The notes beneath the pieces were generated by a model that saw only the letters and a program-made list of their open reading frames with translations, was not told where the DNA came from and made no database searches. 64,000 nt of DNA from Eledone cirrhosa (Eukaryota), in assembly GCA_964016885.1 (NCBI GenBank), contig OZ024757.1, positions 2,108,001 to 2,172,000 on the forward strand, written 5' to 3'. The first letter of the stretch is position 1. Each line of letters opens with the position of its first letter. The translations under genes and the position numbers were made by a program. Shown here piece by piece: positions 1-12,970 of the stretch.

Positions 1-72
1 TGTATATATTTATTTATTTATGCGTGTGTGTAATATAGTGTGTGTGTATATATATATATATATTTATATTTA

Positions 73-150
73 TACAGTGTGTTCAAAAAAATGTATGCAC
101 ACTTCAACATAAATATAATCACTGTGTATACACTTTTGGAGATCCCTATA
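73..150. mobile_element. Possible tiny Tc1/mariner-type MITE
   Basis: Imperfect terminal inverted repeats (TACAGTGTGTTCAAAAAAATGTATGCACA / TGTGTATACACTTTTGGAGATCCCTATA) flanked by TA. Confidence 0.3.
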
Positions 151-1714
151 TATATACACATACATATTTAAATGAGTTTAAATTTACAGAAAAAGAAGAA
201 AAAAGCTCTACTTAAAACATGTAATGGAGTTTATTCGAAACTAAGGCTAACTCCTAGGTTTCCAATGTAACTTAGCAACAAAGAGAGTCCTTAGCTCCGA
301 CTGTCTGGTCAGCTGTAAGGGTCAATTTGAAGGGGTGAGACGGACCCGAAGCCTCACATCACTTTTGGTGGTTTTATTAGCATCAGGCACCAATCTGGGA
401 CTTTGTCAAACCCGACGAGTTTTAGGCTTAGTTAGAGGCGGCCTTACTCGCCTCGCCATAGCTGCATCACTGGGTTGTGAGAGTTTTCTTGGGAGCTACC
501 GGTATCACCCATTGCCCCATCTCTCCTCGTAGTTTACCGGGGTTGCTTATTTGTCCGGCAGTTGCCCGCATATATCACAACTAACCATCATATCTGGTGG
601 CCGTACTGCTATCCACCACCTGCGACCCGTTCTCTAGCAGAACAGCTCTTCCAAGAATCGCTGGACAGATGTTACGGGGCAAAACCAACCGGCAGGAGAC
701 CCACTAGTAGACAAACCCCGAGCAAGATGGTTGGATAACATCAATGAGCTCGGCTGGTCTCGCTTGGGGATCCAACCGTATCAGTTGGTCCCGCTGAAAG
801 GAGTGTTTGAGGACTCTGTCTCCCACGAAGAAGAATTTTCTTTTTCGGACTTGCACAGTTGTTGTCACCTAGGTTTTATTATTCACAGTTATATGAATAA
901 CATTACAAATTGTTTATAATTCTTACAGAATGAAAATATAAACACACAATTATTGGCAGGAACGTCATTTAAACTAACATTGGTGGCTCTCTCTATATAA
1001 TGTTAAAAGAAAGAAAGTTTTAAGTGGGGAGTAAATAGATAGGTACATAGATAAGAGGTCGCACGCACAGCTATATGTGCCTGTCTTATAGTGTGTAGGA
1101 TTAATTACTTTAATCTATCTACAGACCTGTCAACTCTACCCGTCTGACGGAGACATCGCCTACTCTGGGGTGGGTGAGAGATGTCTTCTGTTGTGAAAAT
1201 GGGTATAGGTCTTATTATCTAAAATCTTCCCATTTTGCCTCATTTCTTCCCGTTTTGGGGCACTTTTTTTCCATGGTATTCCTCCGATTGGGTTTTTAGA
1301 GGTTGGCAGGTCTATCTGTTTGGGTACATGTCCGAATTTCAAGACATTTATTGTCTGATTAAATATAAACACATAAATACAATTAATTATTGCTAGGAAC
1401 CTCACAACTATATGAATAAATGAAATTATTGTGTACAGTGGTCAGGTGTACTACAACTCATCAAAGGTGCATGTATAGTACATAGAATAATATACAAATG
1501 TCAGGAGAGTGAACAGTATATGAGTCATGATATACATGTGTGCGTGTGTATGGAGGGGGATATCAGGTGTATTGTTGGCGAATTCAGGAAGCATGGAGGT
1601 TTTAAAGGATGCAGTGCCCCTACAACTAACAACTGATGCAGGTAGTTTGTTCCATGTTCAGCAAATCTGAACGTGAAAAAATATTTCTGAAAGCCATGAG
1701 AATTAATAATAATT

Positions 1715-1890
1715 ATTTTTACTTTTGGCACAAGGCCAGCACATATCCAAGCGTATTACTGGTACTTTATTTTATCGACCCCGTAAGGATGAAAGGCAAA
1801 GTTAACCTCGGCGGGATTTGAACTCAGAATAGCAAGGGCCGTAACTCTTCGCTGCAAAGCATGGCGTCCGACCCTCTACCGATACTGCCA
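1715..1890 (-). mobile_element. tRNA-derived SINE family 2 (Meta-domain-like)
   Basis: Reverse complement of the copy at 27617-27801; B box GAGTTCAAATC followed by GCCTTTCATCCTTACGGGGTCGATAAAATAAAGTACCAG. Confidence 0.8.
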
Positions 1891-2591
1891 AATAATTATT
1901 AACTCCCATGGCTTTCAGAAACATTTTTTCACGTTCAGAGTTGCTGAACATGGAACAAACTTATTGGTTTCTTTATTAGCCATACAGGGCTGACATTAAA
2001 ATAACAATAAATACGACACAGTGTGGGTCTTTATGTGTAAAACAAAGGTTAGAACAAAAACTTAAAAAATAAACACTTAAAAAAATCAAACAAAATAAAT
2101 ACCCCCAATAAGTAGAAGGAGGTGTGACCCCTGAGGGTCACTCATGGAGAAAGCCCACAAAAAATCCACAGTCACCCTGACTGATCGTGAAGTGCCCCGT
2201 CTCATTTGTCCTCTTCAAATCATCATATGTCTGTTCAATCAGGGTCTGATCTAGTTAAACACCCCTGTCTGCGGCAATGTCTTTGCAGTTTTGTCCACTA
2301 GGTGCAGCCGAAACACTGACCCGTCACCCTCTCCCCTTCCCCCTTTCTTTTTCTGTATCCTTATAGTCCTAGCACTTCTCCTATAGTCCTAACACTTCCC
2401 CTATAGTCCTTCCTCTTCCCCTATAGTCCTTGCTTTTCCCCTAAAGTCCTTGCTCTTTCCCTCCTTTTCCTCTCATGTCATCTATAGTCCTTTCCTCTAC
2501 TTTCCTATACAGCCAGATCTGCCCTTCTTTACCCTCTCCCCTTTTTTTCATTACTTTTGTTTTATATTTCCATCATTTTATAACTTCTGTC

Positions 2592-3378
2592 TATAAAATA
2601 TAGTTGACATAATATCTTTATATATGACAGATAATATAATATAGTTGACATGTTTATATATGACAGATAATATAATATAGTTGACATAATATGTTTATAT
2701 ATAACAGATGATAAAATATAGTTGACATATGTTTATATATAACAGATAATATAATATAGTTGACATATGTTTATATATAACAGATAATATAATATAGTTG
2801 ACATGTTTATATATAACATATAATATAATATAGTTGACATATGTTTATATATAACAGATGATAAAATATAGCTGACATAATATCTTTATATATGACAGAT
2901 AATATAATATAGTTGACATAATATGTTTATATATAACAGATAATATAATATAGTTGACATAATATGTTTATATATAACAGATGATAAAATATAGTTGACA
3001 TATGTTTATATATAACAGATGATAAAATATAGTTGACATATATTTATATATAACAGATAATAAAATATAGTTGACATAATATGTTTATATATAACAGATA
3101 ATATAATATAGTTGACATATGTTTATATATAACAGATGATAAAATATAGTTGACATAATATCTTTATATATGACAGATAATATAATATAGTTGACATAAT
3201 ATTTTTATATATAACAGATAATATAATATAGTTGACATAATATGTATATATATATAACAGATGATAAAATATAGTTGACATATATTTATATATAACAGAT
3301 AATAAAATATAGTTGACATATGTTTATATATAACAGATAATAAAATATAGTTGACATAATATGTTTATATATAACATA
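2592..3378. repeat. ~36-41 bp minisatellite (ATAAAATATAGTTGACATAATATGTTTATATATAACAGAT), about 20 units
   Basis: Tandem units directly visible; stray units also near 3535-3570 and 3685-3720. Confidence 0.9.
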
Positions 3379-3520
3379 ATTGTTTCTACTTTTGGCACAA
3401 GGCCAGCAATTACCCCAGTGTATTACTGGAACTTTATTTTATCGACCCCGTAAGGATGAAAGGCAAAGTTAACCTCGGCGGGATTTGAACTCAGAATGGC
3501 AAGGGACGTAACTCTATGCG
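3378..3520 (-). mobile_element. SINE family 2, 5'-truncated
   Basis: Matches 27617-27801 and 39523-39713. Confidence 0.8.
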
Positions 3521-3573
3521 TCAACATAACATAATATAATATAGTTGGCTTAATATCTTTATATATGACAGAT

Positions 3574-3682
3574 AATTGTTTCTACTTTTGGCACAAGGCC
3601 AGCAAATACCCAGTGTATTACTGGTACTTTATTTTATCGACCCCGTAAGGATGAAATGCAAAGTTAACCTCGGCGGGATTTG
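3574..3682 (-). mobile_element. SINE family 2 fragment (a more diverged copy follows at ~3900-4040)
   Basis: Same 3' tail and central domain. Confidence 0.7.
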
Positions 3683-4039
3683 ATAGATAATATACTATAG
3701 TTGACATGTTTATATATAACAGAGATTTTAAATATATAAAAAAAGGTAAAAAAGTTGAACAGATTTTCAAGGGACGTAAATCTGAACACGAATATGAAGT
3801 TATCTCCCTTGAATTTATATTATCGTTTCCTTAGCAACGATATAAATAATAATAGTAATTGTTTCCATAGCAATTGGAGAGAAGTTGATTAAGTTGATTC
3901 AGTGCATTACTGGTACTTTATTTTATTAACCTTGTAAGGATGACAAGTAAAGTTGACCGCAGAAGGACTTAAACTCAGAATGTAAACTTCCGTAACTAAA
4001 TCTTCCTCAGCATTTTGCCCGGCGCTCCACCAATTCTGA

Positions 4040-4597
4040 CACTACTATACTACACTACAATATACTACACTATACTACACTATACAACACTACACTACAC
4101 TATACAACACTAAACTATAATATACTATACTATAATATACTATACTATACATCACTACACTACACTACACTATACAACACTACACTACACTATACTATAC
4201 TACACTGTACAACACTATACTACACTTTACAACACTACACTACACTATACTATACTACACTATACTATACTACACTGTACAACACTATACTACACTTTAC
4301 AACACTACACTACACTATACTATACTACACTATACTATACTACACTATACAACACTATACTACACTATACTATACAACACTACACTATTCTATACTATAC
4401 TATACTATACTATACTATACTACACTATACAACACTATACTACACTACACTATACAACACTACACTATTCTATACTATACTATACTATACTATACTATAC
4501 TATACTATACTATACTATACTATACTATACTATACTATACTATACTATACTATACTATACTATACTACACTATACTATACTACACTATACTATACAA
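4040..4597. repeat. (ACTAT/ACTAC)n pentanucleotide satellite followed by (TA)n
   Basis: Directly visible. Confidence 0.95.
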
Positions 4598-4614
4598 TAT
4601 ATATATATACCAAC

Positions 4615-4707
<93 letters not shown>

Positions 4708-4852
4708 CAAATTTAAAAGATATATTTAGAGAGAAACATAGTATTTTGTACACATACATATATTACAAGTAATATTCAGAGAAAAAAAGACATACTTTAA
4801 GGTAGAATTTAACAAACTTACCTTCTACCCAGTCCCTAATCCGTACCAGAAA

Positions 4853-5071
4853 ATGGCCAGAGCTGAATTCTTTGTCAATGCCAAGATCCAGCAAAGGAAA
4901 GTCTTACTCTTCTGCAAGAGTTATATGCCGGCTTGTAAACAGATTGAAAAATTATTGGAACCTTTCAACTTTGACAGTAACACTTACGAAGTTATTTACA
5001 TTGACAAACGGCAAGATGTGGTACAGATTGAAAACTACTTTCAAGTATTATGTCTTAACGATAGCCGAGAA
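4853..5071 (+). CDS. GLRX: Glutaredoxin-1-like protein, first coding exon (phase-0 donor GTAAGT at 5072)
   Basis: MARAEFFVNAKIQQRKVLLFCKSYMPACKQ...IENYFQVLCLNDSRE resembles the GLRX1 N-terminus (MAQEFVNCKIQPGKVVVFIKPTCPYC...IQDYLQQLTGART). A strong AAAATGG start and a canonical GTAAGT occur exactly where the (T)VP motif should begin. Similarity is lost after the donor. Confidence 0.8.
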
Positions 5072-5499
5072 GTAAGTGAGATTGAGAGGCATTCATGCCT
5101 TTCCAAGAGATTTCTTTTGCACTTTTGTTTAATTATGAAATATATGAAGTATTTTTTTTTGTATTTGTTTTGTCACTAAAGAGCCCCTTGCTTTGTTCAG
5201 GCATAATGTACCTAGGATTATTTTATTGCAGCTCTTCTTCTTCTCCGCCCACTTATTCATGAGAGGTTTGTGGTGGCAGAGTGGTCAAACACTCCTTCCT
5301 GCCAGATTCAACCGTCTCCAACAGATCCAGCTTGATGCCCCTGTTTGGGGTTCTGGCGATATGCAATCTTTGTGTGTTCATCCCACACCTCCCAGGACAG
5401 GTTGCAGGCCCATCACTAGTTTTTGCTGCATGAAATGGAGACTGCAATATATTTTTCAAAGAGGCCCCTCTCCCTTTCTCATATATATATATATATATA

Positions 5500-6660
5500 T
5501 CATCATCCTTTTATGTCTGCTCTCCCTAGCTTGCAACGGTGGGACGGGTCCTTTTCAGCACAGTATCTCTCCATTCGTCACGGTCCTTCATCATCTCCTC
5601 TGTTAGCTTCAGCGATCTGAGGTCTGTTCTCACCACCTCCACCCATGATTTTCGTGGTCTACCTCTACTGTGTCTTCCTTCCACTGGGATTTCTTAGCAC
5701 TTCTTCACCCAGCGGTCATCCTCCATGCGCATCACGTCCATACCAATGCAGTCTTCTCTCCCACACACTACACTTTATTCCTCTTATACACAGTTTCTCT
5801 CTCAACTCGTCTATGCTTGGTCATTTACGCACATGGACGTTGCACATCCATTGGAGCAGGCTTGCTTCATTTCACCCCAGCCTTCGCATATCTTCTGCAG
5901 TTGCTGCCCATGTCTCACTACCATGCAGCATTGCGCATCTCACACAGGCATCATATAACTGACCTTTCGTTCGTAGGGAGAAACCCTTCAACAGAGGAAG
6001 CAGCACCCTAAACTTCTTCCAACCTGTCCTTATTCTAGATACTATGGCCTCGGAGCACCCCCCTCCCATGCTGATCACCTAGGTACTGGAAGCTATCAAC
6101 CACCTCTATAGATCCTACCTGCATTTGAAAAATGTGCCTATCACTGACACTTCTACTATTAAGTTTCCCAGAACATCTACTACATATGAAGTTTTCCTTT
6201 CCTGTTAGTTTGCCTGTTATCCCACTATACCTCTTGTGTACCCAAGATTTGCATTGTGTACATTCTATAGAGTTTATGCCAACTCCTTTTCTACATATTG
6301 AGCATGGCCATTTCCCTGATGGAATCAGTTTTGTCCTCTTTCCTACTTATCAATACTTTAGTCTTTGTTAGGTTCACTCTCAGTCCTCTTAATTCCAACT
6401 GCTGTTTCCACAGCCAGAATTTATTCTCTAGCTCCTCTACTGATTCTGCTATAAAACCAGATTGTCAGCATAGAGAAGTTCCCATGGACAGCCAGTCTTA
6501 AACTCCTCTGTTATGGCTTGGAGAACTATAATGAATAAAAGTGATTTGAGGACTGAACCCTGATGAACTCCTCACTAAACTCATTCCTACTCTCACTTTA
6601 CTGACAGCACCTCTGTACATAGCTTACTCTGTCCTCACAAGCCATTCCTCTATTCATAAC
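5500..6660 (-). mobile_element. RTE-clade LINE, degenerate 3' part (family A)
   Basis: Minus-strand ORF ...RIRTGWKKFR...LYDACVRCAMLHGSETW; colinear with the element at 35972-39200; CAT tail at ~5500. Confidence 0.9.
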
Positions 6661-6783
6661 CAGATCCATCAGTTTTATGCCCCTATAAAGTGAAGAGTGC
6701 TCTATGTAAGTTACAGAGCTAAATTTAATGTATAATATTATTTATATATGTATAATATTATTTATATATATATATATATATAT

Positions 6784-6924
<141 letters not shown>

Positions 6925-6989
6925 TATATATATATATATGTTTATATATATATATATATAGTTATGTAATAAACAACATAAGATAATTA

Positions 6990-7049
6990 TTTCATTTACC
7001 CGTGGTTTCTTGAAAGCAAACAAATCTGCTTTCAGTCATCAGAATGAAA
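6990..7049 (-). ncRNA. Type I hammerhead ribozyme (inverted copy)
   Basis: Reverse complement of 7070-7129 (stem III CC-ACG-GG). Confidence 0.75.
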
Positions 7050-7069
7050 AAATTAAAAACACCAGGTTT

Positions 7070-7129
7070 TTTCATTCTGATGACTGAAAGCAGATTTGTT
7101 TGCTTTCAAGAAACCACTGGTAAATGAAA
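7070..7129 (+). ncRNA. Type I hammerhead ribozyme
   Basis: Stem I TTTCATT/AATGAAA; core CTGATGA; stem II TGAAAGCA/TGCTTTCA; GAAA; stem III CC-ACT-GG; cleavage triplet GUA. Confidence 0.85.
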
Positions 7130-7225
7130 TAATTATCTTATGTTGTTTATTACATAACAATTAATCTCTGTAACCTACATAGTGCACTCTTTTTTCCTGG
7201 ACCTTTCCGACGGAATTACTTCATT

Positions 7226-7273
<48 letters not shown>

Positions 7274-7702
7274 TTCTGTATATATATATATATATATGTT
7301 TTCTGTATATATATATGTTTATATATATATATATGTAGAAGTTATATTTAATTTGTTGGAATACAACAAGCAAATATTTTTATAACTGATATAAAGCACT
7401 CAACAAATTTTTGGAGTAAAAATACAATATATTAACAAATGGAAACTATATTTATAAAACCATATTTATTTCATTATACATATTTCAAGGATTAATAATA
7501 AAGATTAATGATTAATAATAAATTTATGTAAGGTTATGTAATATATGTATATATATATATATATATATAACGAAGGAAATGTGGTAAGGAATCAGGTGGA
7601 CCATAACGCACCAAAGTACTCAATACTTGAGGTAGTAGAGTGGGCAATAGGAACCAGTAAGACCCCGACAGCTGTAGCTCAGCTGTCGGGGTCTTACTGG
7701 TT

Positions 7703-7746
<44 letters not shown>

Positions 7747-8251
7747 TTATTATGTAATATATTCCTTTAATAATATATAGATCTCAATTTTTAATTTTTA
7801 ATTTATAGATCTCAATAATTTAATCAAATTTAAACATTAGATAAATTTCTCCGGTTACTACTATTTATTTATTTATTTATTTATTTATCTATCCACGCTA
7901 ACTCATCCACTATATATTTATCTTTTCGCTTCATCATCTCATAAAAGTACGTTAATACAACACTCTCTCACTTAGGGTTTTCTCTCTTTCTCTTTCTTTT
8001 GTTTTTCCTATTCCTTTTCCTTTTGTTTTCTTTTGTTTTCCTTCTTTGGGTTTGCTCTTTCTTTCTCGTTTTCCTTTTTTCCCTATTCCAATGGCTTAAT
8101 TTAAATGTATGGGATTTAAACCACTCCGACACTAATTTGCATAATAGACCAATAATAAAATTAGTAACCCCACTATCCGGGAGCTTCCAACAGACATGGT
8201 TGCATTCTTTTAAGGGTATGTCAATATTTGTTTATAAAACTGATCTATATT

Positions 8252-8316
8252 ATATTTTATCTGATGAAAGCGCACCATAATTTGCTTTGGTGTCCTTGAA
8301 ATATGTATAATAAATA
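8252..8316 (+). ncRNA. Hammerhead-like motif in a pseudo-LTR-type repeat (partial inverted copy at ~7430-7490)
   Basis: CTGATGA-AAGCGCACCA...TGGTGTCCTT-GAAA-TATG-TA; weak stem I; homologous to 45445-45510. Confidence 0.5.
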
Positions 8317-8500
8317 TGGTTTTATAAATATAGTTTCCATTTGTTAATATATTGTAATATATATATATATATTTGTTAATATATTGTATATATATATATA
8401 TATATATATAGTTAGGGAAGCAGAAAATTGCTTTTTGTGATCCAGTTCGTGGTTAAGTTCGTGGTCAAATTCAAAAAGCGGAGGAATAATAAACTCCAGA

Positions 8501-9604
8501 ATGACAAATACATTCCTAAAAAAGCTGCGAACCACCAATGGAATTATTGTCAAAGCGGACAAAACATCAAATGTGTATACGATGGATGTAAATACATACA
8601 ATAGCTTCATACGGAAGGAATTACATAGGAAATACAAAAAAACTAATGAGGCGGCACTGATAAACATCAACAACGAGGCACACAATATAGTCAAACACCT
8701 AGGAATAGACGACAGAACGGAGCCACTTAGGCCATGTACCCCCACATTTAATCTCAAGGACCACAAGGTAAATTTTGATTATAACCCCACAATTAGACTT
8801 ATATGCCCATCCAAATCGGACATCGGGAAAATTAGTAAACATATATTAGACAGAGTGATAGCACAAATGAAGAATAAACTAGTGATTAAACTATGGGGTA
8901 ACGCTACCGAAATAATTAAGTGGTTTAACAATATAGCTAACAAAGAAGTATTAAAATTTATACAATTTGACATTAACAATTATTACTCATCTATATCCTC
9001 CAACACCTTGGATAAAGCCTTAGCATTCGCCAAAGCCAATTCTGACATAACAGACGACGAGATAAAAATCATATTAGCTGCTAGGAAAACAATAATTAAA
9101 TTTGAAAACGCCTATTGGGAACGTAAGGATAGATTAAATAATTTTGACATCAGGATGGGGGCTAACAACTCGGCTCAAGTCACAGATTTAGTAGGTATTT
9201 ACATAGCCCATAGTTTACAAAGTGAGTTTAGCGACCTTCACGGTGGAATCTACAGAGACGACGCCCTTCTCCTAATTAAGAACCTAAATAACCAGAGCAT
9301 AGAAAGACTCCGTAAGAATATTAGAAAGACTCTCGGGAAACTAGGCCTTAGCATAACGTATGAGTGTAGCACTAAAACAGTTAACTTTCTAGACGCGATG
9401 CTTAACCTAAATACAGGACTTATAAGACCTTTTCACAAGATTAATGAAAACTTAGCATACATCAACTGTAACTCAAACCACCCACTATCCATAATTAAAT
9501 CAATTCCACGCAGCATATCCCTTAGGATCTCCCGCCTCTCGTCTAACCGACAAACATGCAGAATACTACAATACCGCATTAGACAAGGCAGGCCACTTAG
9601 ATAG
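8501..9604 (+). pseudogene. PLE reverse transcriptase (frameshifted at the C-terminal end)
   Basis: KADK, QFDINNYYSSI, GGIYRDDALL, VNFLD and SNHP motifs. Confidence 0.85.
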
Positions 9605-9861
9605 AGTAGAATATATAGATGAAAGCCTCCGTAAAGCGCATACGGACACGCATAACACAAACTCCAGAAACACACGCACACACGCACTTACGCATAGAAC
9701 TACAATGTATACGGCAAATAGAAATACAACATTGAAATCAAACAAGTCACGCAGTAGAAAATATATTTGGTATAACCCCATATTTAACACCTCTATTAGT
9801 ACTAACCTACCCTCTACCTTCTTTAAAATAATAAATAAGCACTTTCCAGATTCACATAGAT

Positions 9862-10625
9862 TTAGAAATAAGAGGGATCAGATGTTGTTTACTCGAGAGA
9901 AGGCTACGTTGGTACGGTCACGTGATGCGCATGAAAGACGACAGCTGTATAACAAAGTGCAGGGCAATAAAGATAGACGGTAGCCACGGAGTAGGCAGAC
10001 CCAGAAAAACATGGGACGAGCTGATAAATTCCGACCTCACACGCTTACACCTCTCCAAGACAATGTCACTGGACCGAGACCTTTGGCGGTACTCAGTAAT
10101 AGAGAAGACCCGCCTTACCTAAATACAAAGTAAAAACCTACTACAGTCAGTAGGCATCTCTATCAAAACACACCCCCGTCCCACCACCTCCACCCCACCC
10201 ACACCGCCCCTTTCAATGTAAAGTTATGTTGGTCCCACAACATCCAGGCCGAAACAAATGAGATCGTGTAGGTGTCACGACAAAAAAACACACAGTCCAC
10301 GCTGTAAATGTGGCCGTGTAGGCAACACGGTAAAAACCTCCCAGCCCCACACTGTAAATGTGGTTGGTGTTAGGAAGGGCATCCAGCTGTAGAAAACCCG
10401 CCAGACAGTCCACGCTGTAATGTGGCCGTGTAGGCAACACGGTAAAAACCTCCCAGCCCCACACTGTAAATGTGGTTGGTGTTAGGAAGGGCATCCAACT
10501 GTAGAAAACCCGCCAGACAGTCCTATGCGAGCAAGACAACCACTCTTGCCTCAAGTGGGAAAACCCCCGTCCAAACCCATGCAAGCGTGGAACACGGACG
10601 CTAAACCTGATGATGATGATGATGA
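9862..10625 (+). mobile_element. RTE LINE 3' fragment (family B) with a duplicated 112-bp UTR unit, inserted in the PLE
   Basis: WYGHVMRM...GRPRKTW; (GAT)n tail. Confidence 0.9.
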
Positions 10626-10757
10626 CAGCAAAATCTTTAACACTAAATCTATTAGACTATCTTACTCCACAGCACCAAATATAGAGGCACACATTAAGAT
10701 GCTTAATGCTAAAAAGATACATAACAACACCAGAACACAAGTTTACAACAATAACAG

Positions 10758-11050
10758 GTTGTGAGTTCAATTCTCAGACCGGGTGATGTGTTGTTTCCTT
10801 GAGCAAGACACTTTATTTCACATTGCTCCAGTTTACTCAGCTGTAGAAATGAGATGATAGGGACTTGGGCCCCTATCATTCCACTGTAAAGTGGTCGTGG
10901 AGGTGCCATGGCAAAAAAGCACCCAGCACTCACTGTAAATGAGGTTGGTGTTAGGAAGGGCATCCAGCTGTAGAAATCAAGCCAGAATCAGTTCCCGTCC
11001 CACCCTTGCAAGCAGGGAAAAGTGGGCGTAAAATGAAATGAAATGAATGA
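10758..11050 (+). mobile_element. CORE-type tRNA SINE (family 1), 5'-truncated, inserted in the PLE
   Basis: Matches the full copy at 53685-54027. Confidence 0.85.
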
Positions 11051-11612
11051 AATGAACAATACAATCACCATTGAACACAACAGAATATCTAATACACAAC
11101 CACCCACTAATAGGCAAACAAAACGTAACACACTTGTACAGGCATCGCAGCCCACCAAAGTTGCCCATGACAAGAATTGTAACTGCCACCTACCTGAAAC
11201 CTGTCCATTACAAAATGAATGTATGCAGTCTAACCTGGTTTACCAATGCACAGTGGAATCAGACAACCAGAAATGGTATTACATCGGAGAGACTGGGAAT
11301 ACATTTAAAACTCGTTGGTATACACACCGTTACGCAATGAAACATTCCCAGCATCGTTATGTAACTACCCTTGCAAACAAGACCTGGCAACTGAGGGAAA
11401 GTAACCATCAATACACCCTGAAGTGGAAAAAATTATCGAACGTGCCCCCATATCGGAGTGGTTTGAGAAGCTGTCGATTATGTGACCTTGAGCTGTTCCA
11501 CATTTTGAGTTCGAAGAATAAGGTACTCAACAATAAAATCGAAAGATCAATTTATTGTAATCATAGACTCAAAGAGAAGTTTTCTTACTACAAGTGCAAA
11601 TCAAACCCTTAA
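11043..11612 (+). pseudogene. PLE GIY-YIG endonuclease with Cys-rich knuckles
   Basis: CNC..CPL..C, VYQC..YYIGET..FKTRWYTH, CRLC..E, LN..E..CNHR. Confidence 0.85.
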
Positions 11613-12331
11613 CCTCTTACTACCAACTGACAAACTGCATATACTTAGACTTTATACCCTCTGTTGTATCTAAACCCTTTTAATTACCCACAAAAACCAA
11701 TACCTATATCCCCCCTTTTCCTTCATTCCTTTTCTATTTGTTCGTTTTCTTCCTTCCATCCCCTATTTGGCTATCTTTTCTTTTCTTCTTTCTCCCCCCT
11801 TCTTTGCTTTTATTTTTGTCATTATTATCTTTGTCTTTATTTTTTATATATATATTTATCTCTTTATATCTCCCCTCTCTCTCTCTCTCTCTCTCTCTCT
11901 ATCCATCCCGCCCACAATGATCAATTTAATTCTCTTTAACTCACTACATTCCACGACATGAAGTCTGCATATCAAAACTGACCAAGGAATCCTTCCACCT
12001 CCACCCCTCCCTCCATCTCAGTTTGTCACTTTACTTCCTAACTCTTCCCCCTTCCTCTCTCTCTATACTATTCCGTTTGTTCCCTCACCTTCTGATTCCT
12101 CTCTTTCTATACTAGTAAATACAATTCCAAATAAATGTTTTTCTCTATATATTAAGAATTATTTCAAGAGTAACTTACTCACTATTTTGAAAATTTGGAC
12201 TGTGAACAACAATTATAATTGAGTGGCTGCTATTTGCACTATAGGAATATAAGGTTGCACTTACCAATGAAACGGTCGTAAATACCTGGATAAAATCCTT
12301 CTCTTAATGCTTACCTGTGTTTTCTCTTTTA

Positions 12332-12402
<71 letters not shown>

Positions 12403-12611
12403 TATATATATATATGTGTTTATATATATATATATTTATATATATAGATATATGTTTATATATATATATATATATATATGTTTATATATATATATATATA
12501 TATATGTTTATATATATATGTTTATATATATATATATGTTTATATATATATATGTTTATATATATATATATGTTTATATATATATATATGTTTATATATA
12601 TATATATATAT

Positions 12612-12945
12612 CATCATCATCATCATCATCATTTTACGTCCGCTTTTCCCTGCTTGCAAGGGTGGGACGGGAACTGATTCTGGCTTGATTTCTACAGCTG
12701 GATGCCCTTTCTAACACCAACCTCATTTACAGTGAGTGCTGGGTGCTTTTTTTCCGTGGCGCCTACACGTCCACTTTACAGTGTGGGCTGGATGCTTTTT
12801 TGCCATGGCACCTACATGTCCACTTTGCAGTGGAATGATAGGGACCCCAGTCCCTATAATCTCATTTCTACAGCTGAGTAAACTGGAGCAATGTGAAATA
12901 AAGTGTCTTGCTCAAGGAAACAACACATCACCTGGTCTGAGAATT
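12612..12945 (-). mobile_element. CORE-type SINE family 1, 5'-truncated
   Basis: RTE-type tail plus CORE-like domain. Confidence 0.85.
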
Positions 12946-12970
12946 ATATATATATGTTTATATATATATA

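Larger units (their letters stand above)
8420..12340 (+). mobile_element. Penelope-like retroelement (Naiad-like), interrupted by an RTE fragment and a SINE
   Basis: RT ORF 8501-9604 (FDINNYY, MGA, YRDD, VNFLD, SNHP); linker pieces at 9705-9860 and 10626-10757; GIY-YIG ORF 11043-11612. Confidence 0.85.

Noticed and set aside
230-900. Short ORFs in a relatively GC-rich block
   Set aside because: No recognisable protein motifs; probably an unclassified repeat remnant.
2592-3378. CRISPR-like ~38-bp periodicity
   Set aside because: No spacers; a simple tandem minisatellite.
5072-5179. C-terminal 35 aa of ORF 4853-5179 as coding sequence
   Set aside because: Grx similarity ends at a consensus GTAAGT donor; the rest is AT-rich intron read-through.
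12255-12290. Hammerhead at the 3' end of the first PLE (GAAA-CGGTCG-TA)
   Set aside because: Only the 3' half is visible; I found no upstream CUGANGA core or matching stem I.
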